From Octopus vulgaris (lineage: Eukaryota), in assembly GCA_951406725.2 (NCBI GenBank), contig OX597830.1, positions 25,792,001-25,856,000 of the forward strand: a stretch of DNA of 64,000 nt. The letters run 5' to 3'. The notes under the pieces were generated by a model. That model was not told the DNA's origin and did not search any database. It was given only the letters and a program-made list of their open reading frames with translations. Both the position numbers and the translations under genes were made by a program. Positions within the stretch are counted from its first letter, which is position 1, and the number at the start of each line of letters is the position of its first letter. Shown here piece after piece: positions 52,929 to 64,000 of this stretch.

Positions 52929-55245
52929 GATTGATTGATTGATTGATTCTAGTTTCAGCTTATGAGCTGTGGCCATGCTGGGGCACCGCCATTTGGTGTT
53001 GCTACTTGGTTTCACTTCATGGAGGCTTTCTAGCAACTGCTATTTGGTGCATGAGAGAGTTCGATGCAGCTGCCCTCATCTGCCCCTCCTGCCGTGAAGT
53101 TGGTTCATCTGGGACACCTGACAGGAAGAGATCCAGCTTCATTTTAAAGACATCTGTATCCACCCCATGCAGGTCTCTCAGGTTCTTCGGGAGGATATTG
53201 AAGAGCTGTGGGCCTCGGAAGCCCAGGCTATCACAGAATCTTGTCCTACATCTTGATGGCAGGTTTGGAGTCCTAGGCACCACGCAGTGGCGCCCAGTTC
53301 TGGCATTTGCGTAACTCTCGATGCCAAAGTTCAGGACACTTCCCTCCAGGATCTTCCAGATGTATATTATGGCATATCTTTCCCGCCTACGCTCCAGGGA
53401 ATATAATTTTAATCTCTTGAGTCTTTCCCAGTAGCTTACATTCTGCATAGAGGCTATCTTCTTTGTGTAGCTTCGTTGGATCGCCTCAAGTTCTGTGATC
53501 AACTTGACACTGGATGGTGACCATAGCTGAGAGCAATAGTCAAAGTGGCTTAGGACAAGTGTCTTCCAGAGGACCATCATGGTTTCTTGTTCTCTTGTTC
53601 TAAAGGTTCTAAGAATCCATCCAGCCAGCCGTCTACATTTCATTGTCAGTTTAGCAACATGTACATGAAAGGTCGCGTCATCACTCATGTGAATACCAAG
53701 GTCACGCACTGATTGTGCCTCTGGGATTGCAATCCCTCCGGGTCCAGTGTATTCATTGGGTATTGCATTCAGTTTTGCATGCTGATAGTATAAAGCTTGA
53801 AACTTTCCAGCATTGAACTGCATGCTATTCTTTTCAGCCCACTTGTATATTTCGTCCAGCTCACATTGCAGGTGTTTAGTGTCCTCAGGGTTCTGTATTG
53901 CCTGTGAGACTTTTGTATCATCTGCATAACTTGTGATCGTGGCTCTCTGCGTGGCTGAGGGCATGTCTGAGAGGGCCATTATGAACAGTAGTGGTCCCAA
54001 AACAGTGCCCTGCGGAACACCGCTCACTATTTGTGTGTTAATGGAGGTGGCCCCATTGGCTACTACCACCTGACTTCTATCCTTCAGAAAGTCATGAAGC
54101 CATTCTCCCAGTTTTCCAACTATGTTGAGATCACGCAGTTTGTGACATATCATTCCATGATCGACTTTATCAAAGGCCTTTGCAAAGTCGAGATATATCA
54201 CTTCCACATTTGAGTGGTTGAGCAGCCGTTTCAGCACCCAGTCATAGTGTTGTAGGAGCTGAGTTAAACAGCTTCTCCCTGGTCGGAAACCATGTTGGGT
54301 GTCGGGCAGCAAGTCATTCTCTTCAAGGAAGGTGATCAGCTTCCTTCTGACTATTCGTTCCATGACCTTGCTGATGTGTGAGGTCAGAGAGATAGGTCTA
54401 TAGTTCTTGGCTTCTGCTCTGCTACCTCCTTTATGAATGGGGCATATTTTACCTTCCTTCAGTTTTCCTGGAAGTTTGCCAGCTGCAAGGAAGCTCTGAA
54501 AGAGGAACTGCAGTGGTCTTGCTAGGACTCTCTTACATGCTTTTAGGAGGATTGCCGGGAATCCATCGGGGCCAGTAGCTGAGTCTGTTTTCATTTCATC
54601 TATAGCCTTGGTTACATCGTCTTCCTTTATATCGATGTAATCTATCGTCGCCGCCTCTGATTTTATATCTGCAGTGGTAAAAAAGTCAGTTGGATTGGTG
54701 ATTTGGAGATGCCCAAGGGGTGGAGTGAAAACACTCTTGAATTGCTCATTCAGTATTTCACTTACCCTCATTGGTTTTCCTGTAAGTGTGCCATCCTTTT
54801 CAAGGAGTGGCCCTATTCTACAGTGCACTGTAGCTGTTTCTTTGGCATACCTGTAGAAAGCTCTGGGGTTAGATTTTATGTTTTCTATAGCCCAGGCTTC
54901 TTTGTCTGCTCTTTCTTTTTCATGGGAGAGTTGCAGACATTTTTCGATTTCCAACAGTTTTATTTTTAGGCGGGACTTTTCACTGCTTTCAATCTGTTGG
55001 TTTAGGCGATTTGAAAATTTCGTACGCCGTCTCATTAAAATTTTCCTCTCTCTGGGGATTTTGTTCTTGTGTACAGTGGCCTTTCTCTCTGGGACACATT
55101 TGTAGCATATGGCTTGCATTACAGACATGAATTGTTGAAGTTTCACGTCGATGTCTGGCGAGGAGAGACATTCAGGCCAGTTTTGTTTGAGGATCTCTTT
55201 CTCAATTTGTTTCCAGTTTGCCTTATGGTAGTTCAAGCTGGAAAG
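52929..55245 (-). mobile_element. 5'-truncated CR1-like LINE with (AATC)n tail
   Basis: Open RT frame, short 3' UTR and (TCAA)n tail; endonuclease region absent. Confidence 0.9.
53017..55236 (-). CDS. Non-LTR retrotransposon ORF2 reverse transcriptase (CR1-like), N-terminally truncated
   Basis: NYRPISLTS, QHGFRPGRSC, YLDFAKAFDKV, SGVPQGTVLGPLLF, YADDTKV, RDLG, YWERLKRLKLYSLERRR; 739 codons without a stop. Confidence 0.92.
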   Translation of the reverse strand: MNYHKANWKQIEKEILKQNWPECLSSPDIDVKLQQFMSVMQAICYKCVPERKATVHKNKIPRERKILMRRRTKFSNRLNQQIESSEKSRLKIKLLEIEKCLQLSHEKERADKEAWAIENIKSNPRAFYRYAKETATVHCRIGPLLEKDGTLTGKPMRVSEILNEQFKSVFTPPLGHLQITNPTDFFTTADIKSEAATIDYIDIKEDDVTKAIDEMKTDSATGPDGFPAILLKACKRVLARPLQFLFQSFLAAGKLPGKLKEGKICPIHKGGSRAEAKNYRPISLTSHISKVMERIVRRKLITFLEENDLLPDTQHGFRPGRSCLTQLLQHYDWVLKRLLNHSNVEVIYLDFAKAFDKVDHGMICHKLRDLNIVGKLGEWLHDFLKDRSQVVVANGATSINTQIVSGVPQGTVLGPLLFIMALSDMPSATQRATITSYADDTKVSQAIQNPEDTKHLQCELDEIYKWAEKNSMQFNAGKFQALYYQHAKLNAIPNEYTGPGGIAIPEAQSVRDLGIHMSDDATFHVHVAKLTMKCRRLAGWILRTFRTREQETMMVLWKTLVLSHFDYCSQLWSPSSVKLITELEAIQRSYTKKIASMQNVSYWERLKRLKLYSLERRRERYAIIYIWKILEGSVLNFGIESYANARTGRHCVVPRTPNLPSRCRTRFCDSLGFRGPQLFNILPKNLRDLHGVDTDVFKMKLDLFLSGVPDEPTSRQEGQMRAAASNSLMHQIAVARKPP

Positions 55246-55294
55246 ATATATATGATATATATATCATATATATATATACATATACATTATACAG

Positions 55295-55348
<54 letters not shown>

Positions 55349-55681
55349 GCTTGTGTGTGTATATATTTGTATGTGTGTGTGCACGTGTTTGTTTTTGCGT
55401 TTGTCCGTCGCCACCGCTTGAGAACACATTGCTGTTGGTGTGTTTACGTCCCCGTGGTTTAGCAGTTCGGCAAAAATACCGGCTTTTAAACAGCAGTACG
55501 TACTGGGGTCGATTCGTTCGAATAAAAGATTTTCAAGGCTGTGCTCCAGCTTCACCACAATCTAATGACTCTAACAAAAAGAAGAAAAAAAGATAAATAT
55601 ATTTATGTGTATACCTGTATTTGGGTGCGTGCGTGCGTGTGTATGTGTCGTAGTTTATTTTTATTAATACCTGGTCATTTC

Positions 55682-56725
<1,044 letters not shown>

Positions 56726-57224
56726 TTCTCAAAACACCCACACGTAGGAAGCTACCACAGTTTATTGTTACACTTTATGATTGATGAGGAAGAGACAATT
56801 ATAAAGAAGCAACTAAAGACAAAAGCGAAAAATACGCATGACGTCATAATAAAATCCCAACATAAAAGAAAAGTAATAAAAAAACATGAAAAAAAAAACC
56901 GAAACACAAAGCGCAAAATGACACAGCACAAAAATCACTTAGCAGCGGCAGCAGCAGCAACAACAATAACAACAGCAGTAACTGTAAAAACAACCTCGAC
57001 ATAATTCATACGCAGCTATAGCCAATATGCGTTTATTTATTTACCTATTATTATTATTATTATTATCATTGTCATTTACTTTTAATCTGCATGTTTGATG
57101 CAATCACCTGCCGGGGCACACCCAGCGCCCTAGGGCAAGTGAAGGTTAAGAGTTGTTGAAATACAGCTGAAAGCTTGGGGAGGGGAAGTAGAGATATATC
57201 TCCATGTAATGCAAACACAGACAT

Positions 57225-58096
57225 TTACATTGATAGGGTTTTTCTAAGGATGTGGGCAGTACTTGTTAGCACAATCTTTTGGATTTCCTTGAGACATGGT
57301 TTTCCAGGGATATTGTCTAGGTGTTTCTGACATCCCTTTTTTATCATACCTAGGGCACCTACAATAACAGGAACAGTTTTTGTTTTAAGATTCCACATCC
57401 TCTGTATTTCGATTTCCAGGTCCTTATATTTACTAAGTTTGTCAAATTCCTTGACAGATACATTTTTATCAGTGGGGACGCTTACTTCTATTAGTCTGCA
57501 GGTATTTTCTTCCCTGTCCTTAACAATTATGTCTGGTCGATTAGCCTTGATCGTTCTGTCAGTGTTGACTGGAAAATCCCAGAGGATGGTGACATCTTTA
57601 CCTTCAACAACTGGCTGAGGATGGTGTTCGTACCAGTTAGCAGGAATGTCGGATTTGTAGTGTTTACATATCTTCCAATGTATATACTGTCCTACCCTAT
57701 CGTGGCGATTTTTGTATTCGTTTGGTGTCAGCACAGGACATCCCGAAACGAGATGGTCTATCGTTTCGTCAAATGTGTCGCAGAATCTGCATTTAGGGTC
57801 AGTACCGTTTCGGAGAACGTTAGCCTGGTAATTTCTGGTAAACAAGCTTTGATCTTGTGCTGCCATTATGAAACCTTCAGTCTCTGCTTTCAATCCAGAG
57901 CTCTTCAGCCACTGATGGGTTGTTGCTTGGTCTACATCAGCATTTTGGCTTCGGAGAATATATTGTCCATGCAGGGGCTTCTGGCTCCACCGCCTCTCAA
58001 TTTGATTCTGCCCGTTCTTTTTTGCAGTCTGCTTGATTCGCTTTGCTTGCTTGGTAGCAGTGGTTTCCGGCTCTTCATCTGATTCAAGGTTAATGT
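57225..58096 (-). CDS. R4-clade ORF C-terminus: CCHC zinc finger and RLE
   Basis: WSQKPLHGQY, CRFCDTFDETIDHLVSGC, RHD, NRPDI...LIEV...KLSKYKDL, PVIVGALG; same frame as 58488-61130. Confidence 0.9.
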
Positions 58097-58487
58097 CTAG
58101 TTCCTTTCGAACTTATAAGCTTCCTTGACAATAGAATGCAGCTTTTTGTTGCTTTCGTGTTCGCGCACAAGTCGCAGCATCCAGTCCTTTGTACTAGATA
58201 GGTACCTGTTCATTCCTACAGTAGAGGTCTTATAGCACAGCTCTAATTGCATCATTCCTCTCCCCCCGCTGCTTCTAGGTAGGTACAAGCGGTCTACATC
58301 TGCCTTAGGGTGGTGCATGCTCCTGGATGTCAGTAACTTTCTTGTCTTCCTGTCTAAGCGTTGGAGTTCCGTAAGGTTCCAGTTAATGATATTAAAACTG
58401 TACTGGACTACTGGAAGTGCCAGGGTGTTAATGGCCTCAATGCAATTTTTGGAGTTGAGCTCAGTCTTCAGTACAAGCCTTATTCTC

Positions 58488-61130
58488 CTATAGTATTCCT
58501 TTTCTTATTTTTTCCTTCATAGTAGCATGATGTATACCATCTCCTTCGTTGATTCCTAGGTATTTGTAACTTTCCTGTGGGTCAAGTTCCTTGATGGTAG
58601 TGTCAATATCTAATTTAACAGAAGCTGTTTGCCTGAGCTTGCCTCTTACAAAAGTTGCTTTAGCACACTTATCAAGGCCAAAATCCATTCCGATATCATT
58701 GCTAAACTCTTTAACAGTTGTTAGCAGCCCTTCTAGCTCTTGGTCATTCCTGGCAAACAGCTTTAGGTCGTCCATATAGAAAAGATGGTTTATTAATTTA
58801 CTAAAAACTTTGTACCCATATCTAGTACTATCCAATTCGTTTGAGAGTGGGATCAGTGCCATGCAAAAAAGTAATGGAGAGAGGGAGTCACCTTGAAAGA
58901 TGCCTCGTTTGATGTTGATGCTGTTGGACTGGCTCATCCCATTACTATGGCTTAAAAAGAGACGTGTGTTCCACATGGTCATGCTATTCTCTAAGAATTT
59001 TGAGACGACAGGAGAGATCTTGTATATCTCAAGGGCCTTGAGTATCCATTTATGTGGGACACTGTCATACGCTTTCCTGTAGTCTATCCATGCCATACTC
59101 AGGTTTTTGTTTTTGCTCCGGCAATTCTCTACAATCATTCTGTTTATGAGCAATTGGTCTTTGCACCCATAAGAGTTTCTTTTACAACCTTTTTGAGCTT
59201 GTGGAAGGATAGAATTTTGTTCAAGGAAAGCGTACATTCTCTCCGTTATTATGGATGTGAGGATTTTGTAGGTGGTGTTGAGACATGTTATTGGCCGGTA
59301 ATTCTTTGGGTTTTTTGTGTCTTCGGTTTTAGGTAATAGGTAGGTGGTTCCTTCAGTCAGCCAAGCAGGTATTTGCTCTGGGTTCTGAATGACATCAGAC
59401 AGAGATGCAGCGAGATGTTCGTGTACCTCTGTCAAACAATTCAGCCAGAAGTTAGGGATCCGATCCAGTCCTGGGGTTTTCCATTTATGAGCCTTCCTAA
59501 GGACACACCTTAGCTCCTCTATTCCTATTGCTTCCCATTTCTGTTCTTCAAGTTCATCCAGTCTCTCTTTCTCACGTTCTATCCAGTCAGCCTCAGCATT
59601 AAACTCTTTTTCGTTGCTCCATACCTTCTTCCAGAACTCCTCCACTTCCTCAATCTTAGGTGGATCTTCTATGTGTATTTTATTTTTGCCAATTTCCCTA
59701 TAAAATTTCTTTGCATCTGTCTTAAAAAATTTATTTTGTCGATAAAATTTGTTTCTTTTGTCATACCTTCTAAGCCGTTGAGCTTTCAACTGTATCCGTT
59801 GTTTCAACAGTTCCTTAGTTGCAGGGAGGTTTATGAGATCTTTGATTTTATATTTTTGCTTGATTTTTCTAGCTTTTCTCGGCTTAATATTCACTCCTCT
59901 AGCAAGCTCATCGAGAACTGAAACATCCGTCCGCAGAGATTCAATCTCTTTTTGTATCGCTACTTTCCACTTAGGAGGTTCATTGACATGCCTGGCCTTT
60001 TTCTTTGTCATCTTAATACCTAGTTGGGTAGTTACTACTTTAGCAGTGGAATAAATGAGATTATTTAAGGTTGTCAAATCATTCCCCGTATTTCTTAAGA
60101 TCTGTCCTAGGGCAACGTTATATGTCATGATTGTGTTGTTATTTCTTGTGCCATTTGAAAACTTTGGTAGTGGTTCTCTATTAACCATGTCAGTGAGCTC
60201 AATCTTGCCGAGTTCTCTCATAATGTCCACTTTTGCTTCCATAATCTTTTCTCTATTATTCACCTCAAATTCTATGTCATATCTATTTTGGTTTTCTTGA
60301 GGAAGGTCTACGTTCTCCTCTGTTTTCAAATCTCTCGTCTTCGCTATTCTTTGTTTAACTTCCCCATTGGGAAGTTGATTTGCCGCTTGTACACTGGCTT
60401 CTGTGCTACTGTTACCTATTTCGTCTACATTGTTGCTGTTTTCTTTTGGTCTACCATGAGCTATCAGTGTCCTAATTTTGTCAATTTCAGCGTCAGTTAG
60501 TCTTTTGTTTTTAATTATATCTCTGCGTACATTACTTAATTTATTTGCGTCTATATATCTACGTACGTCATTGCCTACTGAATTTCTCCATGAGATGTAT
60601 GTTTGTACACTGAGGTTATTATTTGGGTTTAGTTGGGCTGTATAAAAAGCTTTCAACACATCTCTATAGTCCTCTCTGGTCCATTTTATACGTTTTGCTT
60701 TAGGTGGTGTTTTTGGTGGTGTCACTGCAAGTCCAGAGTTAGAAGTATTCTGGTTCTGGTCACCTGGTAGATCGTCTTTTTGAGAGTTTGTTCCAGCAGC
60801 AAACTTTTCGACCCCAGTCTGGTTCCCTACTGGGTAACGCGGTCCTTGTTGTCCCGGGCGATGACCGATCCGGCATGATTTTTGGCTTGTTTTCATTAAA
60901 TGATTGACGGCGACATCAGAGGGGTCCATTTTTTCAGAGTCAACTTTTTGACAAGACGCCGCCTCTGTGACGGTGTCGTTAGAAGAAGGGAGTGTTTGTA
61001 CAGGGTCAATTTTCTGACAAGACACCGCTTCTGAATTCTCCGAATTAATATATTGTTCATATCGAACTCGCATAAGACTTACAGATCGAAATTCGCCTCT
61101 ATTTATTTTGGTAGTCATATTTCCGGGCAT
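58488..61130 (-). CDS. R4-clade ORF, N-terminal region and RT
   Basis: KRIKWTRE N-terminal motif, PGLDRIPNFW, YRPITCL, QKGC, WIDYRKAYDSVPH, GIFQGDSLSPLLF, FYMDD, GLDKC, YKYLG. Confidence 0.92.
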   Translation of the reverse strand: MPGNMTTKINRGEFRSVSLMRVRYEQYINSENSEAVSCQKIDPVQTLPSSNDTVTEAASCQKVDSEKMDPSDVAVNHLMKTSQKSCRIGHRPGQQGPRYPVGNQTGVEKFAAGTNSQKDDLPGDQNQNTSNSGLAVTPPKTPPKAKRIKWTREDYRDVLKAFYTAQLNPNNNLSVQTYISWRNSVGNDVRRYIDANKLSNVRRDIIKNKRLTDAEIDKIRTLIAHGRPKENSNNVDEIGNSSTEASVQAANQLPNGEVKQRIAKTRDLKTEENVDLPQENQNRYDIEFEVNNREKIMEAKVDIMRELGKIELTDMVNREPLPKFSNGTRNNNTIMTYNVALGQILRNTGNDLTTLNNLIYSTAKVVTTQLGIKMTKKKARHVNEPPKWKVAIQKEIESLRTDVSVLDELARGVNIKPRKARKIKQKYKIKDLINLPATKELLKQRIQLKAQRLRRYDKRNKFYRQNKFFKTDAKKFYREIGKNKIHIEDPPKIEEVEEFWKKVWSNEKEFNAEADWIEREKERLDELEEQKWEAIGIEELRCVLRKAHKWKTPGLDRIPNFWLNCLTEVHEHLAASLSDVIQNPEQIPAWLTEGTTYLLPKTEDTKNPKNYRPITCLNTTYKILTSIITERMYAFLEQNSILPQAQKGCKRNSYGCKDQLLINRMIVENCRSKNKNLSMAWIDYRKAYDSVPHKWILKALEIYKISPVVSKFLENSMTMWNTRLFLSHSNGMSQSNSINIKRGIFQGDSLSPLLFCMALIPLSNELDSTRYGYKVFSKLINHLFYMDDLKLFARNDQELEGLLTTVKEFSNDIGMDFGLDKCAKATFVRGKLRQTASVKLDIDTTIKELDPQESYKYLGINEGDGIHHATMKEKIRKGIL

Positions 61131-61673
61131 AACTGTTCAGTGACTTTCTAAATTCAGTGACCAATTTGCTCTTTTTTGCGTTTGTTCGTGAAAAATCGCT
61201 TTGTTTTTGTTTTGTTTTCGTCCGCGTAACGTGGTTTTTCTTTCTGTGTGTACGTGTGAGCGCGTGTAAGCATTATTTATGCTTTATAATTAAAATGTGT
61301 ACATGTATGCACAAACAGTTGCATGTATACTTTACAATTAAAATGTCTACGTGTATGCATAAACAGTTGCATGTATACTTATTTAATTAATTAATTAATT
61401 AATCAATTTATGTACTTACTGTCTTTCAAGAGCTCTGATGTTCGCTTCTATTTCTTATGCATCTCACATGGAATTATTATGCATAAAAGAAAGAAAACCA
61501 TACTATATATGGCAATAATAGTTCGGACTTTTTAGTTACTTTGCCTTAAAAGAAAGTTTGGAAAAGATATTTTGTGGAACCTTTCTTCCATTGCAACGAT
61601 GTTGTTGGATTAAATTCGTTTTTTGGAGAGAGGCTCCCAGGGAACATCCATGTTGTTATTCAGCCCGGAGCTC

Positions 61674-61734
<61 letters not shown>

Positions 61735-61751
61735 CATTAATATCATTATTA

Positions 61752-61815
<64 letters not shown>

Positions 61816-61993
61816 TATTATTATTATTACTATTATTATTATTATTACTATTATTATTAATATTATTATTATTATTATTATTATTATTATCATCATTATT
61901 ATCATTATTATTACCATCATCATCATCATCATTATTATTATCATTATATTATTGTTATTATTAGTGTTATTATTATCATCATCATCATCATCA

Positions 61994-62027
<34 letters not shown>

Positions 62028-62057
62028 CATCATCATCATAATCATCATAATCATCAT

Positions 62058-62090
<33 letters not shown>

Positions 62091-62107
62091 TATTATTATT
62101 ATCATTA

Positions 62108-62168
<61 letters not shown>

Positions 62169-62183
62169 TTTTTTATTATTATT
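61674..62183. repeat. About 500-bp (TTA)n/(TCA)n trinucleotide array
   Basis: Direct inspection. Confidence 0.95.
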
Positions 62184-62720
62184 TATGCTGAGAGGAAATG
62201 AAATAGGTTCAGAAAGAAGATGGAGTAAAATACATACTTTAATCAGTCTCCTTTGGAAATGTCATTCAGACAACAAAAAGTGCTGTTTGTATTATATTTC
62301 CGGTCTGGTTTTGTGTAATAGACAATGTGGCTCTTGTCTGAATACGAGGCTAACCGGCGTGACGTTACAAAATACGTCATTTTTAGCGCAGTGAAGTTGT
62401 TACTGTTGCTTCAGTTACTGCTGCTGTTGCTGGGTTAATATAGTTTCTGGTGTCGCTTTGAATGTTGTAAGTTTATTGCTGTTTGGCCCCAAGGAGAAGG
62501 CGCATGACCTAGTGGTCAGAATATTCGGTTCATGATCGTTAGATCGGATGTTCAATTCCTGGACTATGTAGCGCCTTGCGTCCTTGAGCAAGGCACTTCA
62601 TTAAACGTCGTTTCTCCAATTTATTCAGCCGTAAATGCACACCGGCCGGTTGCTGGAGATATACTTGCATAGCAAGTGACCTGATATGAGATCGTGTGCT
62701 GGAACGAAAACAATTGCAGC

Positions 62721-62973
62721 GTGGAAGGTGTTTATAAGCCATTTAAGAAACAAACAAAAACCGTTAGATTCACTTCAACATTTAAATTTAATTTGTCAAA
62801 ATATTTTCGTCGCTTTGAACCCGTGAACTGTTCACTGACGCAACACGAAGTTTTGTCAGTGAACAGGTCGCGGTCTCAAAGCGACGAAAATATTTTGACA
62901 AATTGAATTTATATGTTGAAGTGAATCTAACGGCTTTTGTGTGTTTCTTAAATGGCTTATAAACACCTTCCAT
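62721..62973. repeat. Fold-back inverted repeat, about 119-bp arms, each carrying a hammerhead-like motif
   Basis: 62721-62839 versus 62855-62973. Confidence 0.9.
62852..62902 (+). ncRNA. Hammerhead ribozyme-like motif with G3:C8 swapped core
   Basis: TTTGTCA-GTGAACA-G-GTCGC-ggtctcaaa-GCGAC-GAAA-ATAT-T-T-TGACAAA. Confidence 0.65.
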
Positions 62974-63379
62974 GGTTAGGTTATCATGTCATGAATTTGT
63001 TCCACCTTTTGCATTCATCCATCAAACGAAAGAAAACGGTCCTCAACAAACTTAGTTGGTGTTACATGTATTATTTAAAACAGTTTGATTCAGTTCCCTG
63101 CGACTTGAAGTTTCGCAGGTCCCTAACAGAAGAGATAAGCGAACCGGATCAAAGAGTCCTCAAGCTGAAACCGTCGACTGTACAGGGATATTACGACTGC
63201 AATTTTCGGCCGTTTATGGTTGCTGTCAGTGTGTATGAATACAATTACGTACGTTTACTGCAACATCAGAGCACTTTAGCTTTTATTTCTAGCATTGTAG
63301 GTGTTCTAACAATCTCTGTCACATTGAATGACAATTATAGTTTTTCTTTTTGAGGATACATTGCTAAACAGCTGCCTGT

Positions 63380-63556
63380 TACCGTTGGCGATTTTTTTCC
63401 TCCGTCTTCTCTTCCTTAAGTCTTTCCTTTTCCTATGTTTCTAACGAAAAGCTCCGCTCGAAACGTTAAATCCTCCTTCTTTCCTTCCTTTCCTGAGCGT
63501 CCAATAACACTATACTTGTTCCACGTCCTCGCGTTGTTGTGTTTTCATGTTTGGAT

Positions 63557-63611
<55 letters not shown>

Positions 63612-63799
63612 ATAATCAACAAAATGGAGAAAAAAGACAAGAAAAATAACAACGCGAGGACGTGATACATGCAAAGTATTAATAAGGCGCTCAGGGAAGG
63701 GAAGAAATGGTGTTTTGCGTTTCGAGCAAATATCTTCTTCAGAAACAGGAGAGAGGAAAGTCTAAAAGAAAAGGAAGGCGGAGGAAAAAAATCGTCAAC
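63380..63799. mobile_element. Two related PLE-like termini tail-to-tail around a (TA)/(TG) repeat, each with a decayed hammerhead motif
   Basis: Plus 63437-63470 gttt-CTAACGA...GCTC-GAAACGTT; minus 63712-63746 gttt-CTGAAGA...GCTC-GAAACGCA-aaac. Confidence 0.65.
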
Positions 63800-64000
63800 A
63801 ATGCAGGTATATTTTGGAATATATATATATAATATTAATTAGAGACAAAACCACTATTATGCAAATCAAACAAAGAAAGACTTAATCCAATACATAAAAA
63901 ATTTTATATAAATTAAATATAATTAAGATTAATCTTAATTAATCTTAATTATATTTAATTTATATAAATTTTTTATGTATTGGATTAAGTCTTTCTTTGT

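Larger units (their letters stand above)
57067..61130 (-). mobile_element. Near full-length R4/Dong-like non-LTR retrotransposon (RT plus restriction-like endonuclease)
   Basis: Single long frame broken by two 1-bp indels; 3' UTR 57224-57067 followed by (TAA)n; 5' boundary not defined. Confidence 0.9.

Noticed and set aside
61131-61673. HDV-like ribozyme or defined 5' UTR for the R4-like element
   Set aside because: Could not assemble the nested double pseudoknot by eye; the 5' boundary remains undetermined.
61574-62041. Poly-Ile/Leu 'membrane protein' ORFs
   Set aside because: (TTA)n/(TCA)n array.

Overview
AT-rich, microsatellite-saturated eukaryotic DNA. The tRNA-derived SINE families and repeat landscape resemble an octopod cephalopod (Octopus-like); this is an inference from recalled repeat sequences, not a database hit. 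Most ORFs in the track are translations of (TA)n/(CA)n/(TATC)n/(CATA)n/(TAA)n repeats and are not genes. One convincing host exon is present (49136-49313, +; transmembrane helix plus cytoplasmic NYDEI motif of a single-pass membrane protein), so at least part of the window is probably intronic. Mobile elements: a nearly intact R4/Dong-like RT+RLE retrotransposon (57067-61130, -); a young 5'-truncated CR1-like LINE (52929-55245, -) whose 3' tail matches the dominant SINE; an ORF1-only Tx1/L1-type (HAL1-like) element inserted into a SINE head with an exact 15-bp TSD; RLE-LINE fragments sitting in (TAA)n and (CATA)n; decayed mariner, maT and hAT transposons; Helitrons and MITEs. Many Penelope-like element ends carry minimal hammerhead-ribozyme motifs, including a G3:C8 core-swapped variant and a family with an A6U core change, often next to long fold-back inverted repeats.
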